A DNA stretch of 62,452 nucleotides, the filler included, from Catajapyx aquilonaris (taxonomy: Eukaryota), in assembly GCA_000934665.2 (NCBI GenBank). It is 4 parts of 4 records of this genome, joined end to end, with 100 filler letters (N's around TTAATTAATTAA, not from the genome) between each part and the next. Parts side by side here need not be neighbours in the genome. Positions count along the whole stretch, not along the records: positions 15,617 to 31,235 come from JYFJ02007477.1; positions 31,336 to 46,837 come from JYFJ02007478.1; 2 more parts are not named here. The stretch is one strand, 5' to 3'. Made by a program: the position numbers and the translations under genes. Under the pieces are notes generated by a model. That model did not search any database, was not told where the DNA came from, and saw nothing but the letters and a program-made list of their open reading frames with translations. Shown here piece by piece: positions 26,492 through 38,300 of this stretch (the first letter of the stretch is position 1; every line of letters begins with the position of its first letter).

Positions 26492-27168
26492 CTACCGAAG
26501 CAGCAGGTTGGTGTAGTGGATATGGAGTCCGCCTGCTAATCGGGAGGTCCTAGGTTCGAGCCCCGGGGCCGGCAATCCTAAACGTGGTTTTCTGTGGTTT
26601 CCCACGGTCCCCCCAGGAGAATTCCGGGATTGCTTCCTAAATAATTAGGCCACAGACTATTCCTTCCGTCCCTATCATATCCCAAAAAGCAAAGTAAAAA
26701 TGAAATCAAAGAGTTCCAGTCAAAACAAAATTGGGATGAACTCCCCCCCCCCCCCTAAAGAGCCGCCGGCTGATAACGGGGTATGAATTATTAATGTTTT
26801 TTTTTTTACCCCGTGCCAGGCGTCAAGGGCCTATTTGGGGGGTGGCAGACCACCATACAGTTTTCTCTTGTGTTTTTACTTCAATCACCGGTGCAAGGAA
26901 TACTAGGAAATTGGGTAAGGGTAGGGGATTTTGGGGAGGGGACACATGTGCAGGTGCATTGTCCAGCGGTGGGCCAGGTGCAGTCCCCCAGGAGGTCAGG
27001 TTGCCAAGACGCCTCCTTAGGCGCGGGTCACGACCCAATGACGCAAGCGAAAGGTTTGCTCCCGGGTGGGGATTTGAACCCGGGACCTTTCGCATAGCAA
27101 GCCGAGATGTTACCATCTCGGCCACCGTGCCTCCCCCGAATTATTAATGATTAATTATTATATGTACC
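26492..27168 (+). mobile_element. tRNA-derived SINE family A (contains nested SINE)
   Basis: A box TGGTGTAGTGG, B box GGTTCGAGCCC, body GGTTTTCTGTGGTTTCCC...AGGCCACAG; TSD GTATTCTACA at 26482-26491 and 27169-27178. Confidence 0.8.
26797..27137 (-). mobile_element. tRNA-derived SINE family B nested antisense in the tail of the family A copy
   Basis: Minus strand GGTGGCCGAGATGG...GGTTCAAATCCC with a poly(A) tail; TSD GAATTATTAATG at 26785-26796 and 27138-27149. Confidence 0.85.
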
Positions 27169-27807
27169 GTATTCTACAAAATGTATATTATTTATACTCC
27201 ATCAAAATACAAGTTGGTCTCTAAAAATCGTCCGAAAAATAAGATTTCCGACGGTGCAGTCCGTTTTTCTCTCACCCGAACGGTAACCCCAGGGAGGGAG
27301 GTCAGATTCGTAAAATAATAGTCTCCCGCTCAGCGAGTGGCGACGCCTGGTGGCAAGAAAACCCCTTCTGGCGGCCAGACGGAGAAGCACACGCCGGGAT
27401 GGGGCTTAAACGCTATTTTCTAGCAGCTACAAGTAACTGCTAATGACACGTCCCTCTCCTAGGCCAGTGCGTGCTACACGTAATTGTTTAACAACAAAAT
27501 GACTAATGCTGTAGCCTGGCATGCACCAATAGTGATTCAAATTGGAATAAGTCATTGAAACAGATCCATTAGCAGTCTTCTGGGCCCTAACACATATTAA
27601 CTGCTACTATCAAACGCGTCGCGGTTATTCCATGACGGTGCCGTCCAGTGAATCTGTTCCGGGACCTAATATCATGGGAAAAGAGAGTGCGCGACCTGAT
27701 ACGGAGGCTAACGAGGTAGTCAGAAGCTCCAACAGTGCGGAGAAGGCATCACTAATAGCTCGGACGGGGGGAAACAGTGGGATATGCGAAGCACCCTGAA
27801 TTCGAGC

Positions 27808-28675
27808 CAGGGTTGTGAACCGAACCGAACCCTTGCTCCGTGAACCCGATAACATCAAACCCGCTCCGGAGCAGTAGAGTCGGAGTCCGGAGCGAGCGTC
27901 GGAACGGGGTACGGGTTCAAGCCGGTTCAGGGGGGAAGAGTGGAGCGAAGGTCGGAGCGGGTTCGGAGCGAACTGCTCCGGAGTTTAACACGGTTCAGGA
28001 GCGGGTTCCGGAGCGGGTTCGGAGCGGTTCAAAGCTTGGTTAGGTACAACATACCAACCCAACAGGGGGAAAGGCAGTAAAACCGATGGATTTACTCCAG
28101 AGTATGCATCATGTTTTCATGGTGGGAGAATGACATTTCCAAGCACCCGCGATACAGGGTGTACCGCAAATGTCACATTCTCATGTCACACGCATTTTGG
28201 TATGTTACAATATGTCATAGGCTACGCATTTTTGTATGCCACAATATCTCATACCCATTTTTTTGATGTGACATTCTCATGTAATACGCATTTTTGTGTG
28301 CTACAATGGCATACGCATTTTTGTATACTACAATATCTCATACCCATTTATTGGATGTCACATTCTCATGTCACATGCATTTTATGTATGTTACAATAAT
28401 ATGATATTGTAACATACAAAAAATGCGTATGACAAGAAAATGTGACATACAAAAAATGGGCAGGCCTACGAGATATTGTGACATACAACAAAATAATGCA
28501 TATGACATGAGAATGTGATATTCAAAAATGCGTATGACATGAGAATGTGACATTTGCGGTACACCATGTATCGCGGGTGCTTGGAAATGTCATTCTCCCA
28601 CCATGAAAACATGATGCATACGCTGGAGTAAATCCATCGGTTTTACTGCCTTTCCCCCTGTTGGGTTGGTATGGT
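27808..28675. mobile_element. Right-truncated copy of the palindromic hAT element at 55708-56909
   Basis: Same CAGGGTTGTGAACCGAACCGAACC terminus and GGAGCGGGTTC repeats; hairpin centre near 28400; right arm stops at ~28675. Confidence 0.85.
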
Positions 28676-29175
28676 TGGTATGGTTTCAGGTCGTCGGCAT
28701 ACGCTTGCCGACGAACCCTACCTGTCTTCCACTTCCATCAAGCCAGTGCAAACCTCATTGCATTTGTCCCACACCAGGTGCATGATCCTTACAGTACTTG
28801 CAGACAACAGGATAACAACGGGGTGCGACGAGTAACTGAAACACAAGGATTGAACAGTCGAAACAGTTGAACCAAAACTTGGCAACACTGCCCGGCCCGC
28901 TTGGATTTAGTATACGATCCACACCTGTATATTATAATACTGTGACTTAGATGATGAGTCACAATGGACAAGGTCCCACCTAGCCAATTATATATTGTAG
29001 TGGCCCTGTTGGCCACATTGTGTTATTATTGTTGCGTAGCAACAAGAATAGTGTTCAGTCTAGAATAAAAGGTTAGAGAGAACTGACGTGTTCTGGAAGT
29101 CGGGCACTGCCTCGTCTGGCCATGGTCCCTGCTGGTGGCAAGGGGTCCACTACAATATTATATATAATAAGAGTA

Positions 29176-30258
29176 CGCTTCTGCTCACCCTTCACGCGGA
29201 TGTGGAGACTTGACACGTCCACTCCTTGAACCATGGCTTGATCGAACAGAACTTCCTGACATTTCTGGAGGAAGGAGGGTCGACTGTTGTTGATGTACTC
29301 CTCTAGGTCATGCGGGAAGCGTCTGTGGACACTCCTGATGGCTTCGGCTATGGTAGCGACTAGGTGGAACAGACTAGCGGTCTCCAGCGACTCGGGTTGG
29401 AGGTAAACAGGCATGGCTGCAACACAACAAAAGCCTCGACATTATTTTGACCCTCTTAATGCGTCACGAACACTGCTCACCTGAGTATGCTGAAAGGTTA
29501 TTCTGGTATAGAGATGGATGTGATGAGATATGTTATGATTGCATCACTTCATAGTCCAAAACGATTTGGGTGATTAATTTGGAGGGAATTACTGTCTGGT
29601 TCTTCCGGAGTTTTAAATATGAGTTCGTGTACATTGCTCGTATCTATAGAAATTTAATTAACAACAATGGCCAGGGGCACCAGTACGACAGGGGACATCG
29701 CCTCTTATACGTAGTATATGCTGCCTGATCTGTCGATGTCCCGTGTCGTACTGGCGCCCCTGGCCATTGTTGTTAATTAAATTTCTATAGATACGAGCAA
29801 TGTACACGAACTCATATTTAAAACTCCGGAAGAACCCGACAGTAATTCCCTCCAAATTAATCACCCAAGTCGTTTTGGACTCTAAAGTGATGCAATCATA
29901 ACATATCTTATCACATCCATCTCTATACCAGAATAACCTTTCAGCATACTCAGGTGAGCAGTGTTCGTGACGCATTAAGATGGTCAAAATGATGTCGAGG
30001 CTTTTGTTGTGTTGCAGCCATGCCTGTTTACCTCCAACCCGAGTCGCTGGAGACCGCTAGTCTGTTCCACCTAGTCGCTACCATAGCCGAAGCCATCAGG
30101 AGTGTCCACAGACGCTTCCCGCATGACCTAGAGGAGTACATCAACAACAGTCGACCCTCCTTCCTCCAGAAATGTCAGGAAGTTCTGTTCGATCAAGCCA
30201 TGGTTCAAGGAGTGGACGTGTCAAGTCTCCACATCCGCGTGAAGGGTGAGCAGAAGCG
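29176..30258. repeat. 1.08-kb inverted repeat (525-bp arms, 33-bp spacer) carrying two divergent copies of an exon-like ORF
   Basis: 29176-29700 is the reverse complement of 29734-30258; both arms encode MPVYLQPESLETASLFHLV...RVKGEQKR; TA flanks both ends. Confidence 0.9.
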
Positions 30259-31235
30259 TAATCTTAGGTAATTGGGGAGTTTAGGTCGGCGCGAAATACA
30301 GCTCTGTTGTGATACTTTATTGAAAAACGAGTGTGCAGGGACCTAGTACTGACGCAGAGGAGTGCGGCAATTGCAATTTCAGCGCAAAAAACCGCTTAGA
30401 ACAGAAGTTACAGGAATAATAACATTACGTGTTGTACTTACATTACATGTTCCGATTTCGCCTGGCGGCGGTCAAGTTTGTTTACTTACAGCGATACCAA
30501 TAGTCACACCGTAGGTCACACTAATCGATACTCTTGCCCTATAGCCATAAGACACTGTATACGTATGTCACGTACCTTACTGCGTGTTAGGCGGGTACAA
30601 GGTGGCAGCTGCTTCCAGAAAATAGTGCATCCTTTCCCGGTGGTCAGGATAGGCCCTTTTAAACATAAATTCTGCTAAATATCCAGCATAGTGGTGTTTC
30701 CTTCTGCCATACCTGCGTTTTAAGATGTAAAGTTGACGTAAGGGTTAATGGTGACCAATGAGTACAAATAATATACTGGCTGCAGGTCAACTAGCTGTCG
30801 GACTATTGGCTGCAGGTTCATTTAGGCCGCCGTGACATTTGACTGATGCCGATCATTTGGTTTCCCGTGACATTTTCGTAATGGAAAATTTATTGAACAC
30901 GAGGGCATAATAATAATTACTGATACGTATATTAGCGTCAGGTTGAAGGTTGGCAAAGCCACAATAACGTTCGTTGGCCTGCGGCGCCACAAGACGGACA
31001 GTAAATGTTGCGGATACAGAAGCCCACAATAAGCGCCCAGCTCCGCTATCGCTCCGCATTAACTAAAAATATCACGCACGGGCGACGTACCGTGCCTGGC
31101 AGGGCCACAAGACGGACAGTATTGTTGCGGTCACCCCAAAGCCATACAGATGACACCAACACAACGGGAACAGTCTTTTTCGTTATTAGCCTACGCCAAG
31201 TTGCATCTATGTTAACGGAAAAGGCTGTGCTGTAT

Positions 31236-31335
31236 NNNNNNNNNNNNNNNNNNNNNNNNNNNNNNNNNNNNNNNNNNNNTTAATTAATTAANNNNNNNNN
31301 NNNNNNNNNNNNNNNNNNNNNNNNNNNNNNNNNNN
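31236..31335. other. Assembly gap/linker (44 N + TTAATTAATTAA + 44 N)
   Basis: Seen directly. Confidence 0.97.
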
Positions 31336-31336
31336 A

Positions 31337-31440
31337 TACCTTAGTCTTATCTACGTTAATCCTCATACCCCTCTTTTCACAAACATTATCTAACTTGCCT
31401 AGGATCAACTGTAAATCAGCCTCACTCTCCGCCAATACAA
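31337..31440 (-). mobile_element. Non-LTR retrotransposon reverse transcriptase fragment (RTE-like)
   Basis: VLAESEADLQLILGKLDNVCEKRGMRINVDKTKV is the region immediately after the (Y/F)ADD motif; it is preceded by an (AATATTCC)5 tandem at 31439-31480. Confidence 0.75.
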
Positions 31441-31990
31441 TATTCCAATATTCCAATATTCCAATATTCCAATATTCCAATTTTACACACTTCCAACAAT
31501 TCACAATATTACAAAATTATATCACACAATTGGAGTTTCTTCACTAGTAACACAAAAAATTTGAAGAGCTTGCAGGATTTCCACAAATAGAGTAAATAGC
31601 TTATCAGAGGGTACTCTTTGAAAAACTACAATACCATGTCGAGCCGCCTGAGAGAAATGGCATTCAAACATCATATTATGATAAAGTGATCCATAGCCTA
31701 CACCCAGACATTACACAGTGAGCAATATACTCCTCATCCATTATTCGCAAATTATAACCTTTAATCCAAAGTTTCTTTTGACTTATTTCTTAATTTGGCT
31801 AATAGACGAACCAGTCGCAGCGGAATGCTTTTATGTAGGTGCTCCTCCTGTAAAAACCCATTTGAAATATCACGATAGCGCGTATAATGATGTGTATTAA
31901 CCAACAGTATAAAACATTTTAAAAACCCTTGATGGTTGGACCATCAAAATTTAAAATATTACCAACCCAATCCACATAAGAGAAGTGACA

Positions 31991-32400
31991 CCGAAGCAGT
32001 AGTGGTGTAGTGGATATGGTGTCCGACTGCTAATCGGGAGGTCCTGGGTTCGAGTCCCGGAGGCCGGCGGTCCTGACCTTGGTTTTCTGTGGTTTTCCAA
32101 GGTCACTCCAGGGAAATCCCGGGATCGTACCGTTATATAGGCCACAGCCGCTTCCTTCCTTTCCCTGGAGGAGGCGCGGTGTCGGTGGCGGGCTTCCGGT
32201 CGCGCCTAGGGGGGTGTCTAAGCTTGGCCCCCTGAGGGACTGCACACGGCCCCCACCACAGGACAATGCACTGCACCTTTGTTCCTCCCTCCCTATCCCT
32301 TCCCTGTCCCTGCACCGGTGAGATTGTAAAAAAAAGTTAGAAAAATGGAGGAGATCTCCTCCCCCTGCATTGGCCAATTGGTCTCAAGGGGGATCCCAAA

Positions 32401-32427
<27 letters not shown>
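31991..32427 (+). mobile_element. Full-length tRNA-derived SINE family A
   Basis: A box TGGTGTAGTGG, GACTGCTAATC anticodon-like arm, B box GGTTCGAGTCC, (TAAA)n tail; 15-bp TSD ATAAGAGAAGTGACA at 31976-31990 and 32428-32442. Confidence 0.92.
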
Positions 32428-32431
<4 letters not shown>

Positions 32432-32999
32432 GAGAAGTGACAAAAAATCCCACTCATAAGCAGTGCTTCCTTCTTTTCTGAGTTTGGCCACATGATGGCA
32501 GCAAAAACAAGGGGAACGAGTGTCAATGAGTTACTTCTGATGGCACTCTGAAATTGAGCAAGGTCCATAAATAAATTGATGTTTTGGCTCTAAACATGTG
32601 GTTGGCTCAAAAGTGATCACAGTAGCTTTTGAGTTTTCCAGATAATGCCATTTTATCACAATTTGGCAGGGGTGCAGTTAATATGATAAAATTGAAATGC
32701 AGGTGTCCCATTTGCCCGAAGTGGCATATTCAAAGGTCTGAGACATCACTAAAATAATGGAAAGTAAAATACACTGTACTGTCGGTTATCCGGGTGTGGA
32801 TTATCCTTGCATGGCTAAAAAAATAAAGACTGAAAATATGTTAATTTTTCTTGCAAACAAACAAACAGACTTTTTCCACAATACGAGGGCGCGTCAATAA
32901 AGAATGAGAATGTTTTTTTTACACATCACGTTGTGGATATACGGTGGCGAAACAATTTTTTGGGGGGAACATTAGGTCTTGTGGGATTGGCTAAAAATT

Positions 33000-35210
33000 T
33001 GTGAGCTTGTCTGACAGCATTGAGCCAAAGACGCATGCAAGGTGGGAATTGGCCTACCTAAAATGGAATAAGTTCGGGATGAGCAGTACGCTTCAGCGAG
33101 GCCTGCCTGAATACCATTATTACAGGTGTTTGGAGTTGGCTTCACCACTGCAATCCCAAATACAAACAGGCGAGCTCAGTCTGAATATCACCCAGTTCTT
33201 TGATGCTGAAGAAGACCAAGGTTGTTCGGTCAGCAGTTTTTGAGAAATTATCATTTTATGGTAGCAGGGATTTTCCTTCAATGTATATGTAACACTGATT
33301 GACAAAATTGCACTTTTTCTGGCACATGTACATTATGATGCGATTCTTATAGTACTGTGTGCCCGAATGCAAATCTGTTAACCATTTGACTCTATCAACT
33401 ATAGTTTTTGAGTAATTGGCATTTTTACTGTAAAAAGTACTTCATTTGTATCATTGATCAACAAAATTAAAATATTTCCAGCACATGTACATAAATGTGT
33501 GATTCTTCTTGTATTCTTTGTGCTGATTTCAAATATGTTAACCGATATTTTCTATCACCTACAGTTATTGAGTAATTGGCATTTTTACGGTTTCAAAAAA
33601 CCTCTGTTAATGTAGGCTAGAGTCATACACTTTGAAATAAAATTCTGCATAAGTAAGGACTTATAGGGCTTAGTATGGGATTAATTTGGATTAGTTATGA
33701 TGCCCCCATTGTAGATATACCAAAATCTTCATATGGAGTCATCTTTACAAAAAATATGCATAAGGTGACAATGAGCAATGTACAGTAAGTCTAGAAAACA
33801 AGGTATATGCTTGTTAGAAGAAAATGGATGCTGATATTAAAATGCTGACTTCATATTCACAATCAGTGCCTAATACATGGGACACTCCAAAAATGGTGCC
33901 TTAAGGGGGCACTACAGTCATCGACCTTCAAAAATTCGCATTTGTTATTTTTGAAAAAAATCAAGCGTCTTTCCCTGCGTCAAACGCGGCAAACCGCGCC
34001 CCGAAATTCAAAAAATTGGCGCCACAGGAGCTGACGCCTGGCAACCTTGCCTGGCAAGGCCCCATCCTCTCCCCACCTACCCGCTGGCATGAGCGCCATC
34101 AGGTGCTGCTCCCGCGCGGACGAGGAGGCACTACGCCGGTCCTACTGACCACAGCGCGTCTGTGTCACACTAACGTATTTTTTGAATCGCATTATCGCTC
34201 TGTTACGTTACCTTACTTTTAACTTTAAAAGAGTTTTTCTCAGTTTGCCGGATTAGGACACTGTCGACATCGCCCAGGCCACAAAAATTTAGCTACGACT
34301 TCCCACTTCACCAGATTTACCATCAAACATGGCGCTATCATTCGGCCCAAAAGAATTAGCCTGCTCAAATTACTTCTATTTTTATTTTCATTAAATGTTT
34401 TCTCAAAACTGCGTAATTTGGTAGTTATCGTCAAAAAAATACTAAAACAATTTCAAAAATTATAATTTCGGGTCAAATAAAAACTACATGCTCAAAGAAG
34501 CCTGAGGTCCAATCTGACGGTTGTAGGTTGACCCCAGCATCCTAAATCGTGTCGACAGTGGCGTGACAACATGCGGCCCTGGAGGCCCTTGGACACACGA
34601 ACGTGATTATAGGCGCTAGTGCAAATACCACGTGACCGTTTTGGTGGGAGGGGGGGGGGGGGGGTCGGCGACAGTTCACGTGGTATCTCTGAACACGGTG
34701 AATGGGCACCTTTGGGAGCTTTTACAGATGCACATGGGTTCCAAATAACCTAAAATTCGAAATCAGCAACTTCTTGTCTCTAATGGGTTTTTTTTTGCGA
34801 TTTTTTTACAAAATCCTTGATTTTGACTGTAGGGCCTCCTTAAACAAAACCCAATGTTGCCAAAAAATTAATGATATTGAGCTATGCAAAATAGGCCTAT
34901 TCTTGGTAGAGTAAGGCCTGTTACTAGAAAATGGATGCCAATATTGAAATTCTGACTTCATATTTGGAATCAGCACATACTAATACATAATAAAAGGTGA
35001 AAATGGTGCAATTAACAAAATCATTGTTGACCATATGTTGAGTCATATTGAGCAATGGGCAGTATACATTCTGCAAAATAAGGTGCGGCTGTTACAAAAT
35101 AATGGAGGGTGATGGACACTTTCCGACATCATATTCGGAATCAGCGCGTGTGAATGCATTAGAAACAGCTAAAATTGTTCATGTGCCAATAACCTTGTTG
35201 ACTAGTGAGA
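33000..35210 (+). mobile_element. Chapaev/CMC-like relic (candidate)
   Basis: Sub-terminal-like motif GACTTCATATT(C/T)GGAATCAG is repeated three times (33847, 34954, 35126) and a degraded ORF lies at 33001-33243. Family assignment is from motif recall only. Confidence 0.35.
33905..34839. mobile_element. Kolobok-like non-autonomous DNA transposon
   Basis: TTAA|GGGGGCACTACAGTCA ... TGACTGTAGGGCCTCC|TTAA: a TTAA duplication with GG termini. Confidence 0.7.
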
Positions 35211-35349
35211 CCTATGAATAGCTCATTTTATGGTACCTAGGACCCTTTTCTAATTATCTGTGTTTTCCGATTATCCGGCGACATCCATGCAGCCATTAGC
35301 CTGGATAATTGAGAGTACAGTGTTATACAAACTAGCCCTATGCATGAAA

Positions 35350-38300
35350 TTAGAACATACCCAGACAATCTTCATCATGGCTTGACCTTTCCAAGTTGTT
35401 ATCCACTTCTGAGGAGAGAGACGTACCAGATGAATGTCTCTGAGAGCTCTCCCTACTGGTGACCATGACACTCTTCAATCTCATGGGCTCTGTAGCCCTT
35501 GTTCGGTACTTTTCCATCAGCTTTTCCCTCAGCTCTTTCTCCTTGTCACTGTTATCCCTCTTAGAGTATTCTTCCCGTTTTGTTTCAGGCTCCCTCAGTT
35601 GCATCATTTTCTCATTCTTCCACTCAGTCTTAACTTGTTCAAATATGCAGTCCATTAATCGAATGCATTCTAGTTTGCGTTGAGCTATTAGCAGCTTTCG
35701 CTCTTCATTAGCTATTTTCTGTGACATCTTCCTCTCTTCATCCTCTTCCTTTGCCTTCCGCATCAGCTCCTCCTCTTCCGCTTCCTTTTTACGCCTCTTG
35801 TATTTCTTTTTTGTTTCTTTCCCACTCAAATCCCACTGGCTTTCCTCACATAGGTTTGCTATTGTTTCTGCAGAAAGCTTCTCCACCAGTAGCCTGTTGG
35901 AACAAGAATTTCATCAGAAAGTGTAATTTACCAAATGAATCAACAGGGTGAGCCAATGATCTGGCATCATGAAATCATCCCTAAAAAGTTTGGTTTCCAT
36001 AATATGTGACATTTTCAGATCACTGGTGCATCCAGTTGGTGTACAGTTGGTTAAAAAAAGTAGTATCTTTCCCCACCAGAGCAAAAAATTTTGTCGGCAT
36101 TTTTGGCATACATAGGTGTATGGGTAGCAACTCCTGTCACCAAATATGGTTGCTCTTACGCAAATACATCACTAATTGTTGGGGTCTAAATACTTGGACG
36201 CAGCTTGGAAGTATGTGACTGATCATATGACCGATGAAATGCCACACGTTTTCCTGGATGCATTTTCGAGAAAATGAAATTCCATAGGCGCATTCTACTC
36301 ACATTCCTCTTTCTTTTGATGTATGTGTTGATTGGGTTTTGACCACTTCCAACAACCGCAAAAAAACTATCCAAAAAAGGCCCCATTTCCACATTTCCGC
36401 GATTTTTTCCCTCCCCACTATATTTCGCAATTTGACTGAAACTTGATATGCAGTGTTATGGCATAGGTGTGTACAGCTGTGATATTTTTCAGCAAAATCC
36501 GAGATGGTCTAGCAACATTTAGCCCCACTCTTGATTGGGAAAAACCCCTATACTTGAGGATTTTGGTTCTTTGACTACCCCGACGTCAAAAACAAATCGA
36601 AGACAAAATGAATGGTCATTATGAGTTACAAGTGACCTAAGGAACATGGAAATAGAAATGAATTTCTATGGACAGAAAAAAAGTTGATTTTTGTTGCCTA
36701 GAGTGTACTTCATCATATTGCTCAAAGAGATAAGACAATTCTGAAATTCACTGGGGCGATTGAAAAGCTTCCAAAATCAGCTGCTAGGGTCTTCTGATCG
36801 AACTTACATAATGGTATAGCAGATCTTTCAAAGGATGGCGACAGTTGGCAGTGGACTCAGCGGGGGTTGTTTTGGAGGTCACAGAAAAGGTTAGGGCACA
36901 GATCGATCCTCAAATGGCACGACGGGTGCTAATACAGACTGGATGGGTGAAGCAGGGTTGGGTTGGCTAGAGGGGGTTGAACTACAACATGCTCCTATCA
37001 ACAGATGGGTTTGCTGCAAGTGGTAATGAAAAGGTAATATTTGTCTTTTAATGCAAAAGAAGGTGTTAATGAAATATTCAAAAAATAGATGTGGTTATGC
37101 TGTGTCACAAAAAAAAAAACTTTTCCTTGCTGGTCTATAATAAATTATTTGATGATTTTCATGCAATTAATTTCATCATACATTCTGACCAAAATGACAA
37201 TAAGGTTTTACTGCCGATAGCATGGGGTGCCAATATGCATAATTTGGTTGCAATGCATTACATATGTACAGTAAAACCTTGATATAACACTCTTCAAGGG
37301 ACTGCCCAAAAGTAGCGTTACCAATGGGATAGCATGATATGCTGGAAAATTTACCTTATGGAAATGATCAAGGGACAGGAAAAAAGGTGCGTCAAAAGAG
37401 GGAAAGTGTTATATCGAGGTTTAACGATGTTAGTAAAATATGCAGGATGGTCCACTTTTGAAGGAATTAGAAACAGCGATGGGCACCTTAATTTAAAATG
37501 AATTGAAATTGTACATTTTATCATAACACTAATACGCAAGGTTTTGTTGTTTTGAAATGGAAATGTCTATCTGAACGGATTTTCTCTGCAGATTACGAAA
37601 ATGACATTGAGAATCTCCTACTATGTTTCGATTTTCAGGGTGTGTCATAAATTCACGTGGGTACGTCCACATGTCCAGCGCGTGACGTAGATGGAGTTGA
37701 CCTACAGCAACGTCCTTACACCACATTGTTGTGACACTCATCCTTGTTACGACCACCAAGTTTCATTCCCATTGCATCACTCCACTGGGAGTTATGCACC
37801 TCAGAAGGTGTAAAAGTGTGAGTCAGAGGTGCATATCGGTGAACTTGCGGGCATCAATAAAATCAGAATTATGTAATTAATCGAGATAACATTAATTGTG
37901 ATATTGTGCGATGAGTAGGTGGCGATGCTCTATCATACGCCATCATCAAATAAAAGTGCAGATGGATCAGGAGCGTTTGGAAGAGACCCCCACCCATCCA
38001 CAAAATGTGTAGTGTTGCATACTTTGCACCTTCCCGATAAATTGCCCTTTGTGCGTGGGTGGGGGTCCCTTCCAAACACTCCTGATACATCTTGAATTGT
38101 CATGCACATTATTTGATGATGGCATATGATTGAGCATCGCCACCTACTCATCGTACAATATCACAATTAATGTTATCTCGATTAATTACATAATTATGAT
38201 TTTATTTGATACCCGCAAATTCACCGATATTCACCTCCGACCCACATTTTTACACCTTCTGAAATGCATAACTCCCACTGGAATGATGCAATCGGAATGA

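Larger units (their letters stand above)
25945..27423. mobile_element. Helitron/Helentron-like non-autonomous element with internal ~325-bp tandem duplication, interrupted by SINEs
   Basis: 25946-26152 is repeated at 26271-26480 (ATGAAATTTGGTACGAAT...GGTTGCAGAGAAATA); a candidate end ...CGCTATTTTCTAG lies at 27423. The class is inferred and the boundaries are uncertain. Confidence 0.4.
32772..35322. mobile_element. pogo/Tigger-like MITE split by nested insertions
   Basis: The ends at 32772-32830 and 35240-35322 match the two halves of the 296-bp copy at 6958-7253, in reverse orientation. Confidence 0.7.

Noticed and set aside
31991..32065. tRNA-Ser(GCT)-like sequence (also 26497, 59830)
   Set aside because: No acceptor stem or long variable arm, and it continues into a repeat body with tail and TSD; these are SINE heads, not tRNA genes.
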